The notes under the pieces: model-generated
What the model was told of the DNA's origin: nothing
The model's database searches: none
Seen by the model: the letters and a program-made list of their open reading frames with translations, nothing else
Part shown: positions 15,452 through 22,887 of the stretch, piece by piece
Layout: each line of letters begins with the position of its first letter
Position numbering within the stretch: the stretch's first letter is position 1
Program-made: the position numbers and the translations under genes
From: an uncultured Spirochaetales bacterium
Lineage (GTDB): Bacteria > Spirochaetota > Spirochaetia > Sphaerochaetales > Sphaerochaetaceae
Reading direction: 5' to 3'
Length of the DNA: 24,000 bases
Assembly (NCBI GenBank): GCA_944388965.1
Contig: CALXKL010000005.1
Coordinates: forward strand, 171,828 to 195,827

Positions 15452-16681
15452 TCAGTTGAACTGTGCTCTCTTCTTGTTCTCCCACCACCAGGCGAGGATC
15501 CACAGTCCGAGAAGGGCTGCAAGCTGGATCACCAGGGCAGGAACGAGTCCTCCGAAAACAGCAGGCAGGTAAACCTTGACTCCTGCAGTCAGGAAGGTTC
15601 CGGAGGTGGCGCTTGTGATTGCACCGCCAAGGAAGTTGCCGATACACCAGAAGGGGAAGCAGATCCATAGCTGGACATAGCCTTCACCCATCCTGACAAG
15701 CGTTCCGGATGCACAGCCGCCTGCAAGTACGGCTCCGATACCGAAGAGGAAGGCGCCGATGAAGAGCTGAAGGCTGATCACGCTACCGGGCATGTTTTCA
15801 GCGGTGAGACCGGAGAGGTCGGCACCGAACTGGTTTGCATGCTTGCCGAAGAAGAAGATCGTCGACAGAGCAAAGGCCACGATGACAGCTCTGGTGAGCT
15901 TGGTTTCGCCGGTGAGGCCGGGATCCCTGTATGCTGCAGTGAAGCAGAAGCGCGAACGCTGGAGGGAGTAGCCGAGGCCAAGACCGATGAGCATAAGCAG
16001 AGGAGCCTTGGGGTAGGTGGGTGCAACGATGAGGGCGACGATTGCGCTGATGACGACGATCGCGACTGCTGCGGCAATCTGGATCTTCTTGTTGCGTGCC
16101 TTCTGCTCGGCAGTGAGTCTCTTCCTGTTCGGTCTCTTGTTGGACACAGGCGGCATGAAGAACTTCAGAAGCTTTCCACCGACTGTTGCGCCAAGGAAGA
16201 CGAAGAGGAGGAAGAACCAGGCCGCCAGAGAGAACTGGGGCAGCTGGGAGAAGAGGCCGCCGATGTTACAGCCACCAGCCATCTTGGCACCGAAGCCCAT
16301 AAGAAGACCGCCGATGATTGCGGCAAGAGCCTGCTTGTAGTGCTTGATGTTCCTGATCTTCCACTGAGCGGCGAGAAGGCAGGCGACTGCAGCACCAAGC
16401 ATGATCCAGGTGTCGGTGAGGGCAGGCTGGCTGCCGAAGAAGCTGTATGTCTCAAGAGTCGTGTTCTTGAAGACGCTGTCAGCACCGGTGTTTACGCCAA
16501 AGAGGTTGAACAGGAGGGCACCCCAGTTTCCAAAGGCGCCGGAGACGCCCCAGGTGCTTCCAACCATGCAAAGTGCCATCGCGAAGATGACGATGAGAAC
16601 CGAACCGGTGTAATAGGACCACTCCCTCTTGAGAACGATGTCATAGAGAGAGGGTCTTTCAAGCTGATTGTTCTGATCCAT
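15452..16681 (-). CDS. yeeE: YeeE/YedE family sulfur-compound (thiosulfate-type) transporter
   Basis: 409 aa polytopic membrane protein with two sulf_transp-type halves. Conserved Cys motifs AGGCNIGG, RFCFTAA and AGGCASGT. Confidence 0.9.
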   Translation of the reverse strand: MDQNNQLERPSLYDIVLKREWSYYTGSVLIVIFAMALCMVGSTWGVSGAFGNWGALLFNLFGVNTGADSVFKNTTLETYSFFGSQPALTDTWIMLGAAVACLLAAQWKIRNIKHYKQALAAIIGGLLMGFGAKMAGGCNIGGLFSQLPQFSLAAWFFLLFVFLGATVGGKLLKFFMPPVSNKRPNRKRLTAEQKARNKKIQIAAAVAIVVISAIVALIVAPTYPKAPLLMLIGLGLGYSLQRSRFCFTAAYRDPGLTGETKLTRAVIVAFALSTIFFFGKHANQFGADLSGLTAENMPGSVISLQLFIGAFLFGIGAVLAGGCASGTLVRMGEGYVQLWICFPFWCIGNFLGGAITSATSGTFLTAGVKVYLPAVFGGLVPALVIQLAALLGLWILAWWWENKKRAQFN

Positions 16682-16698
16682 TTCAGTTCAGCCTCGCC

Positions 16699-16926
16699 TT
16701 AGCAGGTCTTCTCGATGACGACTTCCCATTCGCCGTCGCCGACTTCCTCGATCTCGACGTTGTAGCCCTGTCCACGAGCCCAGTCGGGAACGTTCTTCAT
16801 TGCGCATGTGTGGTCGATACCGACGACAAGCACATCACCAACGGCCATGTCCTTGATGGCGTTCTGAGTCTTCACGAGAGGCACAGGACATGCCTCACCG
16901 AGGCAATCAAGATACTTTTCTGCCAT
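16699..16926 (-). CDS. yeeD: TusA/YeeD-family sulfur carrier protein
   Basis: Start ATG 16926 preceded by AAGGAG. MAEKYLDCLGEACPVPLVKT carries the CPxP active-site motif of the TusA family. 75 aa. The track ORF start at 16989 has no support. Confidence 0.9.
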   Translation of the reverse strand: MAEKYLDCLGEACPVPLVKTQNAIKDMAVGDVLVVGIDHTCAMKNVPDWARGQGYNVEIEEVGDGEWEVVIEKTC

Positions 16927-16960
16927 AATGATATTCTCCTTGTGAATATGTGATATCGGA

Positions 16961-16989
16961 ATTCTAGAATAAGTGGCGACTACGCTCAA
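16961..16989 (-). promoter_or_regulatory. Candidate sigma70 promoter of yeeD-yeeE
   Basis: Minus strand TTGAGC-N17-TAGAAT, about 35 nt upstream of the yeeD ATG. The -10 box lies inside a perfect 10 bp palindrome, ATTCTAGAAT (16961-16970). Confidence 0.4.
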
Positions 16990-17036
16990 TTGAGGCGATG
17001 TGACAAACTGGAATAATGTGTCAGGAAAGAGGAATG

Positions 17037-17705
17037 TCAGACATTTCCAAGTGCAGAAAGATCATTGATCTGCACCATGCCACGCGAATTGTTTATCATT
17101 CCGTCGGACTCGAGTGAGCGAAGGATGTTGGACACCTGGGACCTGGAAAGTCCGACATCCTGGCTGATGTCCTCCTGCTTGACCTTCAGAAGCAAGGAAG
17201 AAGAGTTCACGGAAAGATCGTACAGATAGCTTGCGACCTGCTGCTTTGCATATGAAAGGCCCTTGCTGCGCAGAATGTAGAGGATGTCGGAAAACCTGTC
17301 CATGAAGTTCTTGCGCAGGAAGATGGACATCTGGGGATACTTGTCCTTCAGTTTCTTGTAAAGCCAGCTTGGAGTCTTGAGAATCCTGGAATCAAGATCG
17401 GCAATCAAAGTGATCTTGTTGCTTATTCCATATAGCTCCTCGGAACTTGCAAGAGTGCATACATCGTTCTCATTGAGATAATAGAGGAGCAGGGGATGTT
17501 CCCTGTCGGCATACAGGCTCTTGAGCCTTCCATCAAGCACGATGATGATGTTAAAGCATTTGTCGTCAGGAGCGACTATGACCTCTCCAGCCTTGAACTC
17601 CTGAGTGAAGCTGTAGAAGGACATGTCATTCCGGTCCTCTTCGTCGAGATCGTCGAAGAATGGAAAATATGATTCTAAAACCTTTCTCATCATGCTATCA
17701 TGCAT
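17037..17705 (-). CDS. Crp/Fnr family transcriptional regulator (paralog A)
   Basis: cNMP-binding-like beta-barrel (FKAGEVIVAPDDKCFNIIIVLDGRLKSLY) plus C-terminal HTH (QEDISQDVGLSRSQVSNILRSLESDGMI). First ATG is 17705. The longest ORF uses TTG 17732. No N-terminal Cys cluster. Confidence 0.8.
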   Translation of the reverse strand: MHDSMMRKVLESYFPFFDDLDEEDRNDMSFYSFTQEFKAGEVIVAPDDKCFNIIIVLDGRLKSLYADREHPLLLYYLNENDVCTLASSEELYGISNKITLIADLDSRILKTPSWLYKKLKDKYPQMSIFLRKNFMDRFSDILYILRSKGLSYAKQQVASYLYDLSVNSSSLLLKVKQEDISQDVGLSRSQVSNILRSLESDGMINNSRGMVQINDLSALGNV

Positions 17706-17743
17706 TGTAACAGAATCAATCTGGTCAGACAAAGGGAAAAAGC

Positions 17744-18409
17744 ATGGAAAAGTCCGACATCGACGATCTCATCACCAGGTATCCGATCCTTTCGACATTC
17801 GAGGAGCCGGATGTCACCAGAATCATCGATGAGTCCAGGATTGCAAGATTCTCAAAGGGGACCATACTTCGAGACAGAAAGGAATCCGTTGACAGTGTCG
17901 TTTTCGTCAAGGAGGGCATGCTACGTGCCTATACGAATGATGGCGACAAACAGATGCTGCTGTTCTATGTTCCAGAAGGTCAGCTAAGCGTGATGACGGC
18001 TCCAAGGATCTGTCAAAGCCAGGCGATCGACTATCATATCGAGACGGCGACGGATTGTCTGCTTTATATGCTTCAGGATGAAGTGCTCATGGAACTCGAG
18101 AGGAAGTATCCGCTTCTCAGGAATTTCATTGACAGCAGACTTGCCATGAGACTCGACAGGCTCTTCATAGAGCTGGACGGCATGATGCGACAAAGCCAGA
18201 GCGAGCAGATCGAGAACTATCTCGATTACATGTCGCAGATTTTCAAAAGCGATATTTTCCCGATTAAACATACCGACATTGCGAAGGACCTTGGAATCAG
18301 AAGGGAGAGCGTCAGCAGGATTCTTGACCGGATGCAGGAAGAAGGAAAGGTCGAAATCTCACGCGGAAGCATCAGACTGGTCAGAAGAAACGACACCCAA
18401 GGTGCATGA
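17744..18409 (+). CDS. Crp/Fnr family transcriptional regulator (paralog B)
   Basis: FSKGTILRDRKESVDSVVFVKEGMLRAY barrel plus HTH HTDIAKDLGIRRESVSRILDRMQEEGKV. ATG preceded by AAGGGA. Confidence 0.8.
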   Translation: MEKSDIDDLITRYPILSTFEEPDVTRIIDESRIARFSKGTILRDRKESVDSVVFVKEGMLRAYTNDGDKQMLLFYVPEGQLSVMTAPRICQSQAIDYHIETATDCLLYMLQDEVLMELERKYPLLRNFIDSRLAMRLDRLFIELDGMMRQSQSEQIENYLDYMSQIFKSDIFPIKHTDIAKDLGIRRESVSRILDRMQEEGKVEISRGSIRLVRRNDTQGA

Positions 18410-18540
18410 AAAGCATACCCTGAAAAATTGGATATAATCGATATTCTGTCAACTAGAGAATATTTGAATATCAAAATCAGCCCAAAATCGCATTGAAAAC
18501 GAAATCAGAGTAGATGACTCGGTAAGAGTGGCCTTTCGTC

Positions 18541-18840
18541 TGTTTTTAGGCTAATTTAACCAGTGTAAAGCAATATTAGCTAAATTTGCAAATTATTCTT
18601 TACGTAATGTTTTATTGGCTTATTCTATCAATGAAACTTTATATATTATGTAATGAAATTTTGACGACAAGTTTTATTGTTAGATTCTGTAAAATTTTAT
18701 TAGCTTAATTTATTTTGTTATGAACTTTTTATATTATATAGAAATTTTCTTTACATATCATTTTATGTTAAGTTTGCTTTCATATAATTAATGAATATTT
18801 TACATTTTTAAAATCATTCTCTCCTACCCTATTGATTTGA
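18541..18840. other. Extremely AT-rich non-coding island with dispersed short imperfect repeats
   Basis: Hand count gives 62 G+C in 300 nt (about 21%), against about 62% in a typical recA line. There is no ORF over 35 codons. Repeated words include TTAG(G)CT(A/T)AATTT (three copies, near 18547, 18576 and 18700), TTCTTTAC..A...TTTTAT (18597 and 18747) and ATGAA(A)CTTT..ATAT..TAT...GAAATTTT (18631 and 18720). Confidence 0.8.
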
Positions 18841-18928
18841 AATTCAGAATATGAATCACATCAATCTGTTTCTATTTGTAGATGCCTTAATCTTTGAGCA
18901 TGACCATATGAAGAGTTTTTGATGTTCG

Positions 18929-20407
18929 TTAAGCATCAATCAGAAAATCGGTTGGCTTCGGAACCTTTACAATCTGTCCATCAAAGCTGTCGATCAGTGC
19001 ATCCTGCAATTCAAGGTTGTATTCCCTGACCGGTTTCAGCCCGGCATAGACATCATATCCACCTGTTCCAGACGCTCTGTAGCTGTTCAGAACAAGCCGC
19101 AGTCTGAAATCCTTATTGCAAAGAAGATCAACACCTTTGAATACAAGTCGTGTTACACGGTCTCCGGCAGGTTTACGTGGATCAAAGGAGTATGAAATTC
19201 CCCTGTAGAAGTCGAAGTTGTAACGTTCATCCTTTCCTGGAGAGAAGCTTTCAGACTCGAAATATTTGCCTTCCTTGAAATCGACGAACTGTGCACTGCG
19301 TTCAAGGGCTTTCCTAAGTTGGGAAGCAGTGATTTCAAAGACCTTGAGCGTATTGGCAAAAGGATAGGCCGCAAGCAGGTCGCTGATCGTCACATCGGGT
19401 CCGACGGAAATCGGATTGTTGAACAGAGATGTCGCTGAAATGTCGGCACCGGTCAACCTTAGCTGCAGATCGTTGATGTAGTCGGCAAGCGACGAACCGT
19501 GTAGATAGCTCCATACACGTGAACGGTCCTCCAGAACACCGTCGACCTGCCCTACTCTTGTCTTAAGATACTCCTCTACCTTTGCCTGTGTCCTGTCCTC
19601 CCTTGCAAGAGAGACCATTGAATCAAGAGTGACGTTCTCTACGCATTTGAGAATCTCGGCTTTTGGAAAGAGATTCCTTTCCAGATGGACATGTGCGCAA
19701 CAGGAGGCCTTGCTGCCTGCCTGGAGTACAAGAGTTCCTTCGATGAAATGAGGCTGGATCACCTGATGCTGGTGAGCAGTAAGCAGCACATCGAAACCGA
19801 GTCCGGCGATTTCATCTGCCCTGTTCTCTCGTATTCTCCCTTCTTCGAAGGAAGAGAAGCCCCCATGGTAGACGCAGATGCGCCAGTCGACATCAAGCCT
19901 GCTTGTCTGCTCAAGAACTCTCTTGAGCGAATCGACACAATCAAGGACTCGCATACCTGCTAGCCTGTCCTTATCCCAGACATTCACATAATCGGTGACG
20001 GCCCCCGTGACAAGGACCTTCTCCTCTCCTCGCTGGATCACAACATATGGTAGAACATGAAGCGAACCTCTCTCATCGTGGAGATTCGCGCATACGGTCC
20101 TGGCGTCGAGCGAGTATATGAACTCGCAAAGCTTGTCATAGCCGAAGTCGAAGTCATGATTGCCTGGCACGAACACATCAAGCCCTGCCGCATTGAAGGC
20201 CTTGGCTGCAAGATGAGGAGAGATCCGGTTCTTCAGCTCATAGCGGATCAGCGGGGAACCCTGAAGCACATCCCCGCCATCGATGATGATCGAGTCGGGG
20301 GTGAAACGTGATGCCAGAGCCATGTATCCCATAGGCTTCGGCTCTTCACCAAGATAATCCGTCGGATATACATATGAATGCGTGTCACTTGTGTAGAAGA
20401 TGTCCAT
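18929..20407 (-). CDS. Bifunctional metallophosphatase/5'-nucleotidase family protein (UshA/CpdB-like), no signal peptide
   Basis: Calcineurin-like phosphoesterase motifs: MDIFYTSDTHSY, GGDVLQGSP, PGNHDFDFG and LLTAHQH. C-terminal 5'-nucleotidase substrate-binding domain. The first metal-binding motif begins at residue 7, so there is no export signal. Confidence 0.85.
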   Translation of the reverse strand: MDIFYTSDTHSYVYPTDYLGEEPKPMGYMALASRFTPDSIIIDGGDVLQGSPLIRYELKNRISPHLAAKAFNAAGLDVFVPGNHDFDFGYDKLCEFIYSLDARTVCANLHDERGSLHVLPYVVIQRGEEKVLVTGAVTDYVNVWDKDRLAGMRVLDCVDSLKRVLEQTSRLDVDWRICVYHGGFSSFEEGRIRENRADEIAGLGFDVLLTAHQHQVIQPHFIEGTLVLQAGSKASCCAHVHLERNLFPKAEILKCVENVTLDSMVSLAREDRTQAKVEEYLKTRVGQVDGVLEDRSRVWSYLHGSSLADYINDLQLRLTGADISATSLFNNPISVGPDVTISDLLAAYPFANTLKVFEITASQLRKALERSAQFVDFKEGKYFESESFSPGKDERYNFDFYRGISYSFDPRKPAGDRVTRLVFKGVDLLCNKDFRLRLVLNSYRASGTGGYDVYAGLKPVREYNLELQDALIDSFDGQIVKVPKPTDFLIDA

Positions 20408-20410
20408 ATA

Positions 20411-21244
20411 TCATCCGCGCATGAGTTTCGTCCTGAGCTTCGAGGAGACCCACTCGACAAGAAGTACCAGGATTATGAGTCCAAGCAGAATCGCTCCGAC
20501 ATCATTCCATCTGTAGCTGTTCATGGCGAACATGAGAGGTGCTCCAATACCGCCGGCACCGACAAGACCCAGGACGGAAGCATCTCTGAGATTCATGTCG
20601 AATCGATAAATGAGCGTCGATGAGAAAGAAGGCATGAGCTGTGGAAGAATGCCGTATCGGATCTTGTCGAATGTGTTGCATCCAGCTGCATCAAGCGACT
20701 CGATGATGCCCCTGTCCAGCTCCTCGATGGATTCGATGAACATCTTGGACAGCATTCCGATCGAACACGTTGACATCGTCAGCAGTCCGGCAAAGGCGCC
20801 AGGGCCTGTGACCATGATGAACATGAGTCCATACACGAAGGCTGGAATCGTCCTGATGGCCATCACGGCAAGTCTTATGATGATTGAAACGGGTTTGGGC
20901 ACAATGTTCGAAGCCCCGAGAAAAGCGAATGGCAACGAGAGCACAGCTCCGACAAGCGTTCCAAGAAAGGCGATGGCCATCGTCTCGAAAAGGAGATATG
21001 GAACTCCATCATCTCCAAGTGTCAGCAGAAGCGAAGGTGTCGGGTGGAGTATTCCGGAAACGATCCCCTTCGCGACCGACAGTCCGCTTCCACCAGTGGA
21101 ATTCGACTGCATCGCGCTGGCGGACCAGGCAAGCAGGAAAAGGCATATCAGAACGATCGCCATTGTCATGAGCCACTTCCTGGGTTCTCTGGAAAGAGTC
21201 TCTGCATATGTAAGATGCGTATCCATTATCCCCTCCTGCCTCAT
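20411..21244 (-). CDS. phnE: Phosphonate-type ABC transporter permease PhnE
   Basis: Permease with ESIEELDRGIIESLDAAGCNTFDKIRYGILPQLMPSF (EAA-loop region typical of PhnE). ATGA overlap with the upstream permease. Its stop is 3 nt from the phosphoesterase start. Confidence 0.9.
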   Translation of the reverse strand: MRQEGIMDTHLTYAETLSREPRKWLMTMAIVLICLFLLAWSASAMQSNSTGGSGLSVAKGIVSGILHPTPSLLLTLGDDGVPYLLFETMAIAFLGTLVGAVLSLPFAFLGASNIVPKPVSIIIRLAVMAIRTIPAFVYGLMFIMVTGPGAFAGLLTMSTCSIGMLSKMFIESIEELDRGIIESLDAAGCNTFDKIRYGILPQLMPSFSSTLIYRFDMNLRDASVLGLVGAGGIGAPLMFAMNSYRWNDVGAILLGLIILVLLVEWVSSKLRTKLMRG

Positions 21245-22080
21245 ATCAGCTTCGAGCGAAGATATGAGCTGACCGTCTCGATGATCACGACGGTTATGAA
21301 CAGGGCGATGAGAATCATCCCCACTCTTGCATATTCCATCCAGCCGATACGTTCATTGAGAATCAGCCCAAGACCACCTGCTCCCACATAGCCCAGGATC
21401 GATGCGTATCTCACATTGCCCTCGAAGCAGAAGAGCACAGTGGATATGAACTGGGGGAAGACCTGTGGCCATATCGCATACCTGATTGTTGAAAGGCGTC
21501 CCATTCCAAGGGCCTCAAGCGCTTCATAGCTTCCCATGTCGGCGGTCTCGATCTGCTCATACAGGATCTTTCCACAGTATGCGAAGGTGAACACCGCAAT
21601 GGCGACGGTTCCGGCGAATGTTCCAAGTCCGAAGATATAGGTCGCAATCAGCGCTATGACCAGAGTCGGCAGTGTCCTGACGACGGAATAGAACAGCTTG
21701 AAGAAAGCCGTGACGAATCTGTTATGGATCAGATTCGATGCACAGAGCACGGAGAAAGGTATGCAGAGCAATGCACCGATGAACGATCCAAGAAGACTCA
21801 TTTTGATCGTATCCATAAGAGGCTGCCATACACGCGGCATGTATGCCCAGTCAGGCGGGAACATGTCCCTCAGTATGACGAAGAAATAACCTATTCTCCT
21901 GACAAGCGTCGAAAAGCTGAACCCTGTGACCTCACCTGAAACGATCGTCGCGACAACGATGAGAACAAGCACAAGCGGGAGCCTGGAACGCTTCTGTGTC
22001 ACCTGATGTCCATCGCTTAGGGTGTATGTCACAGGTTTGAACAACCTGTCAAACAGGCTTGTGGAATCATTCCTTCTCAT
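21241..22080 (-). CDS. phnE: Phosphonate-type ABC transporter permease PhnE (second copy)
   Basis: EQIETADMGSYEALEALGMGRLSTIRYAIWPQVFPQF. I chose start ATG 22080 (MRRNDSTS), which overlaps the phnC 3' end by 14 nt. The longest ORF (to 22173) would overlap phnC by about 100 nt. Confidence 0.88.
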   Translation of the reverse strand: MRRNDSTSLFDRLFKPVTYTLSDGHQVTQKRSRLPLVLVLIVVATIVSGEVTGFSFSTLVRRIGYFFVILRDMFPPDWAYMPRVWQPLMDTIKMSLLGSFIGALLCIPFSVLCASNLIHNRFVTAFFKLFYSVVRTLPTLVIALIATYIFGLGTFAGTVAIAVFTFAYCGKILYEQIETADMGSYEALEALGMGRLSTIRYAIWPQVFPQFISTVLFCFEGNVRYASILGYVGAGGLGLILNERIGWMEYARVGMILIALFITVVIIETVSSYLRSKLI

Positions 22081-22816
22081 CGATTTCCCCATAGACAAGA
22101 GAAAGGACCTTCTGGTCAACATGTGATGAAGGTCCATCAAAGACGACCATACCCTCTTTGATGCCGATGACACGGTCGCAGTATTCTAGAGCCAGTTCGA
22201 CATGATGGATGTTTATTATCACGGTGATGCCCATCTCGCGATTTATCTTTTTGAAATCATCCATGACCACCCTTGCGGTGACAGGATCAAGGGCGGCGAC
22301 CGGTTCATCTGCCAGTATGATTGAAGGATTCTGTGCAAGCGTCCTCGCCAGTGCGACACGCTGCTGCTGTCCACCGGAAAGCTGGTCGACTCTCGTGAAA
22401 GCCTTCTCGAGAATGCCGACCTTGTCAAGGCACTCCAGCGCCTTGAGCTTATCCTGCCTTCTGAAGATTCCAAGCACCCTTCTTGCAAGAGGCATGTCTG
22501 GAACGAATGCCGTCAAGACATTGCGGATGACAGTCGTCCTGGTGACCAGATTGAAAGACTGGAATATCATCCCTATCCTTCGCCTCAGACGGCGCAGCTC
22601 CCTGCTCGAGAGCTTCTCGACATCGACGTCATCGATATTGAGGTTGCCGCTTGTGATCGGGTGCATTCTGTTGATCGATCTGAGCAGAGTCGACTTTCCA
22701 GCACCTGAACGGCCAATGATCGCGATGAATTCCCCATCATCGATCCTGAGGTTCACATCCTTCAGGCCAACTGTGCCGTTCGGATAGACTTTTGCAACAT
22801 CCGTGAACTGTATCAT
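22067..22816 (-). CDS. phnC: Phosphonate-type ABC transporter ATP-binding protein PhnC
   Basis: Walker A GRSGAGKSTLLRSIN, signature LSGGQQQRVALARTL, Walker B ILADEPVAALD. Start ATG 22816 is 6 nt after GGAG. The upstream GTG/ATG alternatives fall inside a stable hairpin. Confidence 0.93.
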   Translation of the reverse strand: MIQFTDVAKVYPNGTVGLKDVNLRIDDGEFIAIIGRSGAGKSTLLRSINRMHPITSGNLNIDDVDVEKLSSRELRRLRRRIGMIFQSFNLVTRTTVIRNVLTAFVPDMPLARRVLGIFRRQDKLKALECLDKVGILEKAFTRVDQLSGGQQQRVALARTLAQNPSIILADEPVAALDPVTARVVMDDFKKINREMGITVIINIHHVELALEYCDRVIGIKEGMVVFDGPSSHVDQKVLSLVYGEIDEKE

Positions 22817-22830
22817 TGGAATCTCCAGAA

Positions 22831-22852
22831 GGGGCATGGTCACCCATGCCCC
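22831..22852 (-). promoter_or_regulatory. Intercistronic GC-rich stem-loop between phnD and phnC
   Basis: GGGGCATGG-4 nt loop-CCATGCCCC, a perfect 9 bp stem. There is no U tract after it on the minus strand, and it is immediately followed by the phnC SD sequence. Confidence 0.6.
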
Positions 22853-22887
22853 GTGATGAACTAGTGTTGTCCTTCAGTACATCGACC

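Noticed and set aside
17700-17745. FNR/CRP-like operator between the two Crp/Fnr genes (TTGTA-N5-ATCAA around 17705-17719).
   Set aside because: The half-site and spacing deviate from both TTGAT-N4-ATCAA and TGTGA-N6-TCACA. With a single occurrence I cannot tell it from chance.
18607-18714. Small hydrophobic ORFs in the AT-rich island as type I toxin candidates. Examples: ATG 18607, 35 codons, MFYWLILSMKLYILCNEILTTSFIVRFCKILLA, and a 23-codon ORF from about 18720.
   Set aside because: They have no SD sequence. At about 20% G+C, F/I/L/K/N/Y-rich pseudo-hydrophobic peptides arise by composition alone. The only good SD in the region (AGGAGA on the minus strand near 18820) precedes a 5-codon ORF.
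18541-18840. The AT-rich island as a chromosomal replication origin (DNA-unwinding element) or a CRISPR leader/array.
   Set aside because: I could find no DnaA-box-like TTATCCACA motifs, and no dnaA, dnaN or gid genes lie nearby. The repeats are irregularly spaced, imperfect and AT-rich with no unique spacers, and no cas genes are present.
18911-18938. TTGATG-N9-CATCAA inverted repeat at the 3' end of the phosphoesterase gene as its terminator.
   Set aside because: It is only a 6 bp A/T-rich stem, it overlaps the stop codon, and on the minus strand it is followed by AAAACTC rather than a U tract.
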